In this document: one piece after another, positions 10,701-19,646 of the stretch | Position numbering within the stretch: position 1 is the first letter of the stretch | Layout: each line of letters starts with the position of its first letter | Position numbers and translations under genes: made by a program | Notes under the pieces: model-generated | Told to the model about the DNA's origin: nothing | Seen by the model: only the letters and a program-made list of their open reading frames with translations | Database searches by the model: none | NCBI RefSeq assembly: GCF_001186125.1 | Contig: NW_014040531.1 | Coordinates: forward strand, 82,469 to 102,468 | DNA: 20,000 nt | Reading direction: 5' to 3' | Origin: Sphaeroforma arctica JP610 | Lineage: Eukaryota

Positions 10701-13700
10701 GAGGCATGAGGTGTTGACATGGTATGACCATGTGTGTGTTCCTCTGCTGTTGTTTTGAATATTGACAAGTGGTTTGTCATGTTTAATGACAGTAGTGTGT
10801 GCTGCCTCGTGATGTTAGATCACTTTATGTGCGATAGAATCTAAGGTAAGGTACAATATGATAGTGCACCCGCAGGAGGTTGATCAGGTAACAGCGCGTG
10901 CGTATACCTCTACTGGTGCTATTATCGGTAATGCTCGACAGAAAGTGCAATGCACACCTCTCTTCGCTCGATGCTAGGCACAAAGGCGATATTTATCCAC
11001 CATAAGATGTAGAACACGACGTGTGTGGTGAAGACTACCAGACTGATACCGCTAATATGCGATAAGGAGAAATTGATTGTGAGATATGGCTGGCATTGAT
11101 AGAGCCTGCAAGGTGGTGCACACCTACCACAAAACGTTCTCAGACGGCTTCATCAATGCATAACGAGTGTGGGATACAGCATCTTCTGTATGGCGACACG
11201 CCAGACAGTTAGTAATTCTAAAGAGCAGATGCAACAAACTTCATACAGGGGTACAGAAAAATTCTACAGTTGATTCATAAGAAACTCACTTAATTGTCCT
11301 CAGATATAATCTAAACCTCTTAAGCCCGCCTGCCAGACAGAATCTAAATACACAACATTGACAAGTTCAGCACCAAACAAAAATTATTAACCCATAAAAG
11401 AATATATACATACATACATACCGATTTCTCCTGGTCAGGGGTCATGGGGATGATATTCATCGGTGTCTCCATGCCCAGCGCCATGTTACCTACAGGCGTG
11501 GCTCCCACAAAGGCCTGTCCTCCAACTGGAGTCTCCGCTCCGGCATGTAGACTGGGTGTCTTGTCCCATCGCGATCGCTTGCGCGAAGGTGTTTCAGCCA
11601 CCTGCAGTATGCGTGCAAACATTTAGAATATACATGAGACATGCGTGCGAGCATTTAAAATATACACGAGACATGCGTGCGAGCATTTAGAATATACATG
11701 AGACATGCGTGCGAGCATTTACAATATACATGAGACATGCGTGCGAGCATTTAGAATATACATGAGACATGAAACAATATCCGGTAGCAGGGCGGCATAG
11801 GTTGTTAACGGCAAGGTGCGTTCTGTTTTTGGACATGCGGCGATAATGTTCGATATGGAACACTATTTGTTCTGCCTCTGAAACAGGGACCCACCGTGCC
11901 CACTTTGCTCGGCTACATTGCCTAGCTCATCAGATTAAAGCAAAGAAAAATAAATAAAACTGCTCACACGGGTACCGTAATGCACGGGATATACAGTTTA
12001 ATTTTCTATATACAGACGTAAAAACAACATAAATAAATAAATACATACATACAGACGAATGTACATAAATACACACACACACCCCACACACACATATATA
12101 TAATATATATACATGTATATATTTGGATGAATATATGTATAGATATATAGATACAGATTTAGATATAAATTTATATATATATAAGTCCATGCAAGTCCAC
12201 CTACCCCATCAGCTCGAGGCGTCTCGCCCCAGCCCGACGTTGCAGCACTGTCATGGGCGGGTGTTGCATCCCAGCGGTTGCGCTTTCTTGCCGGTGTTTC
12301 GCCTGGCCGAGGTGTGGCAGCCACACCAGAGGCCCCATTTGGTGTTGCATCCCAACGCGAGTCTGCTGTAGACCTTGGTGTTTCCTGCACACCCTCCCAG
12401 GCCTCTGGAGCTAATTAACGAACGGATCAAACGTTGGAGAAGGAGTTTGGTGAGAGATGCGTGAGAATCGATCTATTGCTTCTCACTGATATTGACATTG
12501 ACATTGTGAAAGATTCGTAAATATTCATAGTTCACATGAATGAAAAGATCGATGGAGAAAATGTATGTAACAAATTTCACTTAAAATCATTGTGTCGTTT
12601 TTGACCATCGACCCCACTCGGAAGATTTTGAATTTATCAACGCCCGAACGGTCACAAGCACATTGTATTATTGACATACCTTTCGTTTTGGGTGCTTGGT
12701 CGAAACGTGATCGCCTCTTGCGAGGCTCTCCTTCTGTGGCAGCTGCAGCAGGCTTCGACGGTGGCGGCGGCATAACACCTGCAACAACATAAGACCGTGA
12801 TTAATGAGAGACCTTAAAAATGACTTACAAATACCTAGCAGATTGCCGTACACTAGCACTGTGCGTCACCTGAAGCACCGAAAGACCTCGCGAAGATATA
12901 AAACAGCACACCTATATACTTGTAATTGCAAACCTATGTGCATGAATGGTCATTGTAGCAGCGTATCATGGACGCCAATATAAGAACCTATGGTAGACTG
13001 CCCCGCCAACGGATGAACCGAACTCCTGCATTGTAAATGCAAGGCTCAGCACTCGATTCATAGTGTAATGCCTACATCAGGTAAGATCTCTACAGTATAC
13101 TTAAGTCACTGACACTACTAAGCCAACCAAACGACGAACCAGGACTATTCGAGGAGCTTAATGGGGTTGTGCGTGAGCCGACCGTAGCTAGTCTGGGCGA
13201 AGCAGACGATAAGCCTAAAGCAAGTCACGAATGCCAATGTAACGAGTACATAGCACGTGGTCTGCAACCGGATGCAGCATATTTCAAATATAATTAGCAC
13301 ACACAAGAAGGCAGGGATATGTCATCAACGAGAACAAAAAGAAAATCCTTATGTACACGCTATGATGCTGTACAGCAAAAGCCGTAACACAAGCAGGTAT
13401 ACCATTTGCAGCCTGATCCTCTTTCTGTTTCTGAATCATCTTAAGCACCTCCCCATGTTCCTTCTCCAAGGCTTGTTCTTTAATAATATCCGCATACGAA
13501 CGATTTTCGCTACCTGGAGTGATACAGAAATAGGGCGAGTATAAGACATAGTAGCGGACATGATAGTTTACCACTCCACACGGACAACCTTAGGAAGCGG
13601 CCTTCGGCTTGAATATACGTGAATGCAAATGCGAACAATAGCAAAGCCAGACATAAGAGGGCCACGAGAAACTCTTGCAATTTGTTTATACGAAGAAATG

Positions 13701-16700
13701 TTCTCGATTCCAGAACAAGGGTATCAGGTATCGTAACCGTACCACCATGCTCCATACCGCAATTCTAAGTAATTGTACACAAGTAAACAAGCAGGGTGAC
13801 GTGACTGACTTTGTTACATACTTGGGGCAGGCGTTGCGCCGCCGGCAAAGGGATCTGCACGCTCGGGAGATATGATGCGGTTACGCCGGCGCTGTTGGTA
13901 TTCGTTCTCTCGCGCACTGATGCGCTGATCTCTCTCTGCGAACACATCCTCATCGCCTTCGCCTTGAGGCTGTGACGAAGGACAGGATACGGGTAAGTGA
14001 ATGCGGAAGTCGATGTGCAACCCTCAGGCTATCACCTATGTGCTTGAACGTAACGGCCGATACATCACCCACCAACTCAACTTTAAATATTGCAGTGTAT
14101 GTGGGTGTGAGTGTGATAGTGCATGTTATGTGCAAGTGCACTGGAACCAAAGAGTGTAAGCTAGACTCTCCAAATGATGGAATAAAATATCGCTGAGAAA
14201 TGCATATAAATCCACACATGGACTTGTGTCTACGTTTCTTGTACAAAATCATGATCATATTAATATTACTCAAGCATGAACAACTAAGACCTAGCAGGCC
14301 GCTTTGGGATCACGGCTTGAAAGGCAGTAGTTCAACTATAGACTACAGCACCCGCCTCATCCTATACACTTCATGCGGTCCCCTACACAGGGCACCCATA
14401 TCAGTAAAGATGAGTCTCATATCTCAGTACAGACGTAGATATACAAATATTTGAGCAACTGTGTTAGACATATACCATACCATGCACATACTCACCTTTA
14501 ACAGAGCAGAGGGGGCGGTAAACTGACGTTTCTTGGTGGCGACGGCGGTGGGTCCCATGCGTGCACTGTGGGCCATAGCGTCGGCCTCAGTCTCGTCTTC
14601 ATCCTCGTCATTGGCTGCGATAGATGTCGAGAACCCTGCATATCTACAGAGGGTTATTCAGACACGAATATTCATTTGATTCAATTCAAGATAAACATGT
14701 GTATATACATGCTCATACAGTCAAGAAGTGACTTGCCTCACTTTCTTGATAGTAGAGCGTGGTGAGTCACATATATGCAAGCGCGATGTGAGTACGTGGA
14801 ATGAGAAAGCTAAAAATCTGGAATATCTACGCTTCCCAGAGAGCGAGCACAAATGCACCATATCGCTTCCCACTTTCGGCTGAGAATGAGGGCAGTAATG
14901 CGTATATATACTGTAAACATTTGGGAATGGAGTGTACAGCGTCATACAGATTTATAAGAGCGGATAAAAAAGATATAATCTGAATAATATTATGAAGAAA
15001 CTTGCTCCCCTGAAAAAGTACGTACACATACATATATGCAAACTGTACCATGTCAATATTTTCTTGTTGATGTTCATCCGTACACACATACATACAACAA
15101 AAGTATATAAATAATATAATAATATGACTATATATATATATACGCACAAAAACAACACACACACACACGCACATATATATATATATATATATAATATACA
15201 TATATTCCTCAAATTCATATACACACACACATGCACATATATAGATACATATATATACAATACATGCATATATTTAATAATATATACATATACACTATAT
15301 ATATATATATATATATACATACATACATACATACATATATATATATACATACATATATATATATATATATATTATATATATGTATATATTATAAATATAT
15401 ACACATGCATGGATGTGTGTAAATATACGTTAGCATCACACACACAGATATATATATATATAAGTATATTTATATTTATCTATATGGGTGTGTGTGTTTG
15501 TACGTACGTACGTACGTATGTATGCATTTATATTATATATATATATATATATATATTGTTTTATTCTTATTGTTATCATTGATTTATATTTATAAGTATA
15601 TTTATATATTTTATACACATTTAGTTATATTGAATGCAATATTTTCCGTGTGCGCTCTTGTGGCTGCTACCAAGTGTCTTACTTTCAAGTAATCATCGCG
15701 GCAGAATAATATACGTACATGGATAAGCAGAAATGTTATGTGCATCAATTTATGTTTGCGTTCGTGTGTATACCATCTACATGCACAGATATTTATGTAT
15801 ATATCGTATTTTTCTGGCTCGTATTTTCGCTTTAGTTTTAGTCTCTTTTTTGTACAATGTATGTTGTCTCGTGTAATAAGAGCATGTTTCTGACTGTAGA
15901 ACATGATGACTATTTCTTTGCCTTAAACGTTGAATCTTTTATCCTTCTATCAATTTTGTCATATTTACACTGATTTTTTTGGGCGGATTCGTGTCTGATT
16001 TAGTTCTAAAGTTTTTGCTCGGCACATGCAATTGTCACAGGTACTTTGGCATTACCACCTTTGATATAACAAAGTGATAAAGTACCGCATCTTCAGCATA
16101 TCCCTCTTCCCACACTGCCTGTAGAAGTACGAAATGCTTTTCATTCTCGGACTGTCCAATACTTAATTAAGCTTTTCACTCTGTATTCGAAACTATTTTC
16201 TCTTCTAACACTTATACAGGTTACAATCAGCGGATGTCGAACGGAATATGTCCGATCGGGTGCTAACCAGTTTCTTCCGCGAAACGGTGCTCACCATGGC
16301 GGCCACTCGGTCAAGGGATGATAAAAAACGATTCCTGGAATTATGCGCTATACTACTTGCCATGGACGTTTTACCCGCCAGCACGGTCATGTTCGTAGCT
16401 CAGGTGAGTGTGTGGGAGATACATATCAGTCAGACCATAATCGTTAACTTCAGCTGCTTGGCATGTTCTGGGGCTTGCAGTTCATGTGCAACGCTGGAAT
16501 GTTGCGTTCCATTGTCGTTGCTTTGCTTTGTCCTCCAAGTGATACCTCAGTATATACATCCTAAAACACACACCACGAACCCGATCGGCAGTCGATCGGA
16601 TGGTCAGGGATACAACGCAATGGCGTACTTCTCATTGGTAACTCTATTCTGACTCTGTTTCTTCCTGTGGTGCTCAGGACTGCCTTGCCACCAGCACCAT

Positions 16701-18113
16701 CTTTGAGTGCGAGCTTCTCTTCTCTTTCCTGGAGGACAACATGCGCTTCTTCGGCTCATGCAAGAACACACTCCTCATTGTGTGCACGGGTCTTATTGCA
16801 CGCCTCTCCACTGTTTTAAACGCTGGGTTCAGAGGCAGGATACTATTGTTTCTAGCCCGGTTCTATCCACTAACAGACAAGTCTGGGGCAAATGTCATTG
16901 GAGCGTTCAACACGGATCTGAACTTTGGTGATGTGGAAGCCGAGTTGGAGGGTATGTGAGGTTCGCAGCGTGATTGAATGAGGATCGTGTGGTGATTATG
17001 TACTGCCAAAGGTGCAGCTGTGTGTGTACAGCTGCCTATTGAACTAGTCAAAATTATCTGCGTGTTTTGTAGATGACTTGCTTAAAAGCAGGTATCGGGT
17101 ACGTTCATCTGCTCTGAGATCGCGCGAAAACATGTGGAGGAGCTGGGGATCACTGATGAAACAAAAGCTGATACCATTTAGTTTGATATATGTAGATTCT
17201 TACTCACACTTTATGTGCTACGTTGTTCCTGTTCCCAAATGCGACAGAAGAGAAATCGCGCACCTCGACACCCCAGGTCCTTGGCACAGCCGATCCAATG
17301 GACACTGACGAGACTGTGGAGACCAGTACCAAATCTGTTCCTGGTGTGTATATATCATATGTTCGGTACGGGCATCGAGAGACACGTGTGCTGCAAACAT
17401 TAGATATAAACACAAAGTGGCGAAGTAGCGAATATCCCGCCTTAGTTTTAGTACTCATCATAAGTCTGGCTGCGGATCTGACAATTGTATTCTGAGTACC
17501 GAGCGATTGTCGACATGATGCTGTTCGAACCAATATGGAGTTATCGAATACCCAAACGTCTACTGATTTTGGTTGGTGAATATATTTATATGCGGTCCGG
17601 GCACACTAACTGGCATGTGTGTCTATGGTAGCAGTCAGGACTATCGGACCTCGTCTCAGTCTAGCTGTTCGCGGCTGCTTTACAATTATACGCATCCAAC
17701 GCATTCGCACTCAACACCATACCTCTGCGATGCTGAGCATGCATGCCGCTATAAGTCTGCACGAACATTCATAGCCATCCCATTCACCGCGATAGGTGCC
17801 AGCGAATACATGCCGATTGATAGTACCGGCTGCCTGGGTGATGTAACGGGTCAGGGCGCCACAGACTTCGATCTGTTCCGCAAGTACTCTAAACTGCAGA
17901 TGTTCTGTCAGAAACCGCAACTGATTTTCGATGAATCGGGACAGGCGTTCAAGGACTTTTTGGGATGTGTGAATACACTAGCGACTACATTCGAGGGAGA
18001 TCGTTTGGGCGATAAGAAAGCGCATGAGATGGGAGTCGGCCCGGAGGTACATATACTACATGATATAGTACTGTGTGTAAATTTGGGATGTTTTCGTAAT
18101 GTCTATGGTTTTA

Positions 18114-18158
<45 letters not shown>

Positions 18159-18242
18159 NTGTNTNTANNNNNNNNNNNNNNNNNNNNCATAAATACATGC
18201 ATGCATGTATGTATGAATACGTAGCTACATAGATAAATGGAT

Positions 18243-18275
<33 letters not shown>

Positions 18276-18329
18276 GTATTATATATATATATAAACACGT
18301 AAACATATATATAATATATATATATACAC

Positions 18330-18363
<34 letters not shown>

Positions 18364-18400
18364 GTATATATATATATACATATACACATACATATACACA

Positions 18401-18462
<62 letters not shown>

Positions 18463-18485
18463 CACACACACACACATATATATAT

Positions 18486-18520
<35 letters not shown>

Positions 18521-18537
18521 TATATATACAGCTACAT

Positions 18538-18590
<53 letters not shown>

Positions 18591-18792
18591 ATATCAACAT
18601 GAGTAACTTGGCCATGCACTGCGACATATCACTTGCAACATACCGGTCCGTACTACCGCCATAAACATCCGTGTCAAAGGTACTCTTTCCAGCACCCAGT
18701 TGCACTCTCTCTTCCTCATTGACTGCTTCAGACTCAGCTTTGCGCTTCGCTTGCAGTTCAGCGATCTGTTTGTCGATTGCGGTGTCATCCAT
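318..18792 (-). CDS. SF3B1: Splicing factor 3B subunit 1 (SF3b155/SAP155/Hsh155), 23 exons in window, 3' end beyond left edge
   Basis: Exons on the - strand: 18644-18792, 14496-14643, 13822-13969, 13403-13513, 12680-12778, 12205-12410, 11422-11601, 10387-10559, 9384-9492, 8735-8917, 8296-8412, 7827-7953, 7171-7314, 6119-6228, 5519-5642, 4866-5011, 4297-4455, 3517-3690, 3152-3367, 2486-2680, 1798-1989, 1064-1303, 318-527. All introns are GT-AG with matching phases. Hallmark motifs: RWD(A/K)TP ULMs, [85 protein letters not shown]. Confidence 0.98.
1064..1303 (-). CDS. SF3B1: SF3B1 exon 22 ([17 protein letters not shown]...LMDRDL)
   Basis: CCCAG| acceptor, TTG|GTATGT donor. Confidence 0.96.
1675..1772. 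repeat. (CA)n/(TA)n compound microsatellite
   Basis: Seen directly. Confidence 0.9.
1798..1989 (-). CDS. SF3B1: SF3B1 exon 21 ([10 protein letters not shown]...LLNNLK)
   Basis: TGCAG| acceptor, AAG|GTGGGT donor. Confidence 0.96.
2486..2680 (-). CDS. SF3B1: SF3B1 exon 20 ([20 protein letters not shown]...ENCIDL)
   Basis: TACAG| acceptor, TTG|GTACGT donor. Confidence 0.96.
3152..3367 (-). CDS. SF3B1: SF3B1 exon 19 ([18 protein letters not shown]...LMSQ)
   Basis: CATAG| acceptor, CAG|GTATGT donor. Confidence 0.96.
3420..3485. repeat. Short degenerate pentamer array (AAATG/ATATG/ATACG)
   Basis: gaaatgaaatgatatg...atatgatatgatacgatacg. Confidence 0.7.
3517..3690 (-). CDS. SF3B1: SF3B1 exon 18 ([24 protein letters not shown]...FAFQ)
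   Basis: CTCAG| acceptor, CAG|GTATAA donor. Confidence 0.96.
4297..4455 (-). CDS. SF3B1: SF3B1 exon 17 ([11 protein letters not shown]...TTVELANK)
   Basis: TCCAG| acceptor, AAG|GTATGC donor. Confidence 0.96.
4866..5011 (-). CDS. SF3B1: SF3B1 exon 16 ([11 protein letters not shown]...EMKKIVLK)
   Basis: AACAG| acceptor, AAG|GTAATG donor. Confidence 0.96.
5519..5642 (-). CDS. SF3B1: SF3B1 exon 15 ([27 protein letters not shown]...HHGK)
   Basis: TGCAG| acceptor, G|GTTCGT donor. Confidence 0.95.
6119..6228 (-). CDS. SF3B1: SF3B1 exon 14 ([14 protein letters not shown]...VDEQQK)
   Basis: CTCAG| acceptor, AAG|GTACGT donor. Confidence 0.96.
6356..6846. repeat. 35-bp minisatellite, 14 copies, in SF3B1 intron 13
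   Basis: Unit AATGCAATTGCAACAAAGACGAATAAAGTCTATTG (34-36 bp), head-to-tail with no spacers. Confidence 0.97.
7171..7314 (-). CDS. SF3B1: SF3B1 exon 13 ([17 protein letters not shown]...SWQARHT)
   Basis: GTCAG| acceptor, G|GTAAGT donor. Confidence 0.96.
7626..7750. repeat. (TA)n/(CA)n microsatellite
   Basis: Seen directly. Confidence 0.9.
7827..7953 (-). CDS. SF3B1: SF3B1 exon 12 ([24 protein letters not shown]...MRP)
   Basis: AACAG| acceptor, G|GTATGT donor. Confidence 0.96.
8296..8412 (-). CDS. SF3B1: SF3B1 exon 11 ([20 protein letters not shown]...PYVHK)
   Basis: TCCAG| acceptor, AAG|GTGTGT donor. Confidence 0.96.
8735..8917 (-). CDS. SF3B1: SF3B1 exon 10 (YFGKLL...[11 protein letters not shown]...GPLFNQ)
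   Basis: CTCAG| acceptor, CAG|GTATGG donor. Confidence 0.96.
8918..9053. repeat. 46-bp tandem repeat, about 3 copies, containing the branch point and 3' splice site of SF3B1 intron 9
   Basis: Unit CTGAGTGATGGAAGTGATAA(A/C)AGTCAAAGATGTTAGGTCACGACAA starting at 8918, 8964 and 9010. Confidence 0.96.
9384..9492 (-). CDS. SF3B1: SF3B1 exon 9 (FMMAED...[10 protein letters not shown])
   Basis: CGCAG| acceptor, CAG|GTATGT donor. Confidence 0.92.
9701..10065. repeat. 99-bp tandem repeat, 3 full copies plus 1 partial diverged copy, in SF3B1 intron 8
   Basis: ACCATACACATTTAACGTC... recurs at 9701, 9800, 9899 and 9998. Confidence 0.96.
10051..10146 (-). pseudogene. Decayed intronic copy of the 3' half of SF3B1 exon 8
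   Basis: Reads [25 protein letters not shown] versus exon 8 [30 protein letters not shown]; contains frameshifts and a CGA>TGA change. Confidence 0.88.
10387..10559 (-). CDS. SF3B1: SF3B1 exon 8 (p14/SF3B6-binding region, [21 protein letters not shown]...TATPTP)
   Basis: ACCAG| acceptor, GG|GTATGA donor. Confidence 0.95.
11422..11601 (-). CDS. SF3B1: SF3B1 exon 7 ([16 protein letters not shown]...)
   Basis: TGCAG| acceptor, TCG|GTATGT donor. Confidence 0.93.
11609..11771. repeat. 32-bp tandem repeat, 5 copies, adjacent to the 3' splice site of SF3B1 intron 6
   Basis: Unit ATGCGTGCGAGCATTTAGAATATACATGAGAC at 11609, 11641, 11673, 11705 and 11737. Confidence 0.96.
12030..12183. repeat. (TA)n/(CA)n low-complexity tract
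   Basis: Seen directly. Confidence 0.88.
12205..12410 (-). CDS. SF3B1: SF3B1 exon 6 (ULM/TP-repeat region)
   Basis: [27 protein letters not shown]| acceptor (an in-frame alternative CCAG lies 6 nt further in), GGG|GTAGGT donor. Confidence 0.92.
12680..12778 (-). CDS. SF3B1: SF3B1 exon 5 (VMPPPP...RKRRSRFDQ)
   Basis: TGCAG| acceptor, G|GTATGT donor; first ULM-like motif. Confidence 0.88.
13403..13513 (-). CDS. SF3B1: SF3B1 exon 4 ([18 protein letters not shown]...)
   Basis: TCCAG| acceptor, G|GTATAC donor; RSYxDI motif. Confidence 0.88.
13822..13969 (-). CDS. SF3B1: SF3B1 exon 3 ([10 protein letters not shown]...[17 protein letters not shown])
   Basis: CACAG| acceptor, |GTATGT donor; conserved IISPERxDPF motif. 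Confidence 0.92.
14496..14643 (-). CDS. SF3B1: SF3B1 exon 2 ([16 protein letters not shown]...FTAPSALLK)
   Basis: TGTAG| acceptor, AAG|GTGAGT donor; phase fits exon 1. Confidence 0.9.
15080..15620. repeat. Long compound (TA)n/(CA)n/(TACA)n/(GTAC)n microsatellite
   Basis: Seen directly; source of the spurious YI-rich ORFs. Confidence 0.95.
16220..16403 (+). CDS. THOC1: THOC1 internal exon 2 ([14 protein letters not shown]...STVMFVAQ)
   Basis: TTCTAAC branch point, ATACAG| acceptor, CAG|GTGAGT donor; in frame with the next, diagnostic exon. Confidence 0.82.
16678..16951 (+). CDS. THOC1: THOC1 internal exon 3 ([19 protein letters not shown]...[23 protein letters not shown]...FN)
   Basis: Matches the THOC1/Hpr1 conserved block (human FCGRIQLFLARLFPLSEKSGLN, from recall); CTCAG| acceptor, G|GTATGT donor. 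Confidence 0.93.
17248..17343 (+). CDS. THOC1: THOC1 internal exon 4 (acidic linker EEKSRTSTP...[17 protein letters not shown])
   Basis: GACAG| acceptor and G|GTGTGT donor, both phase 1; acidic MDxD linker at the expected position. Confidence 0.72.
17796..18046 (+). CDS. THOC1: THOC1 internal exon 5 (...[19 protein letters not shown]...FKDFL...F)
   Basis: Resembles THOC1 DYNLYRKFWSLQDYFRNP; GATAG| acceptor, GAG|GTACAT donor. Confidence 0.85.
18112..18592. repeat. Long compound (TA)n/(CA)n/(TACATA)n microsatellite containing an assembly gap
   Basis: Seen directly; Ns at 18159-18187. Confidence 0.95.
18159..18187. other. Scaffold gap (Ns)
   Basis: Scattered n followed by a run of n characters. 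Confidence 0.99.
18644..18792 (-). CDS. SF3B1: SF3B1 exon 1 ([18 protein letters not shown]...[11 protein letters not shown])
   Basis: ATG at 18792; donor CG|GTATGT, phase 2; resembles the SF3B1 N-terminus. Confidence 0.88.
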
Positions 18793-19425
18793 ATTGTATA
18801 CTACTACGAAACTACAAGCTCAAAACCCGCGTGAGGCCAGATGTACCGGAAAGTTCGCGTAGAGAAAATTGCAATATATAGAATTGTTCAGATCTTAGAT
18901 CTGTGCCATAACAGGCTGCGTCACTCAATAATATTATAGTCTATCCGATGGATCAAATAGATGTGCGTGTTGACTATTTCGTATGAACTATGTGTGTATA
19001 CCAGTCTTCATATTCGGCGTCGCATGGATTATCGCCCAGAGTGATATGTCTGATTTTCAATTGAGTACCGAACTGTTCAATACAAAAATTGTTAGGACGT
19101 TACGAACTGGCGTTTTAAAAATACACACAAAAATCAAATTGTGTGTGTATGTGTTTTTTAGTTGATCTCACACCCCCAGGCCCCAGAGAGTCCCAGACTC
19201 CCGGAGAGTTTGAAATTTTATTTAATACTGCCGGGGTGGTGGTACGTTGTCCAAAACAAACTTGAGCTGCGGATTAACGAGATACTTTAGAGTCATATCA
19301 CATCGAAGTAGTTCATGTCTGCATACAGCTGTCCTGTATTCAGACGGTTAGGTACGCGTGTACCAGAACATACACTGAGAAATATTCAACGGCATAGTTG
19401 CCGGCTATAAATAGCTTTGAACACC
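18793..19425. promoter_or_regulatory. Putative bidirectional promoter/5'UTR region between head-to-head SF3B1 and THOC1
   Basis: 633 bp between two divergent ATGs; no specific elements assigned. Confidence 0.5.
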
Positions 19426-19646
19426 ATGGCTGCAGCCTGTGACACTGACATGGTCGTGTCTGGTGACCAGATTACTGATGATAACATAGAAGCCAACGAA
19501 ACGAATAACAAGGCAATTCTAGGCATTCTATCTACCTCTATATTTAGCTTTATAGACCAGAAAGATGAAGCTGTCACTTATGAAGACGTTACGGACAGTG
19601 ACATCCACCAGGCGGTTAATCATTTCCGGAAGATACATGAAAAGGG
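19426..19646 (+). CDS. THOC1: Probable first coding exon of THO complex subunit 1 (MAAACDTD...FRKIHEKG)
   Basis: acaccATGG start context. The phase-2 donor GG|GTACGT fits the phase-2 acceptor at 16220, and the following intron echoes exon 16220-16403. The peptide alone is not diagnostic. Confidence 0.7.

Noticed and set aside
14827..15692. Several 60-150 aa ORFs rich in Y/I/H/T/C/V
   Set aside because: Translations of TA/CA microsatellites.
16581..16599. Small hairpin CCGATCGGCAGTCGATCGG
   Set aside because: A single short inverted repeat with no ncRNA or transposon-end context.
15620..18110. TA-flanked block as a TA-targeting transposon carrying a gene fragment
   Set aside because: No terminal inverted repeats, transposase or reverse transcriptase seen, and the exons are intact; misassembly is simpler.
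18056..18664. Long YIYI ORFs on both strands
   Set aside because: Microsatellite artefacts, some spanning the N gap.
318..18792. Non-canonical (GC-AG or U12-type) introns, or cancer-type/drug-resistance substitutions in SF3B1
   Set aside because: All 22 complete introns are GT-AG without the U12 donor consensus, and the main hotspot residues appear wild type.
19406..19413. TATAAATA as a TATA box
   Set aside because: Only 12 nt before the ATG, too close for a canonical TATA-TSS spacing; it may be part of a 3' splice site.
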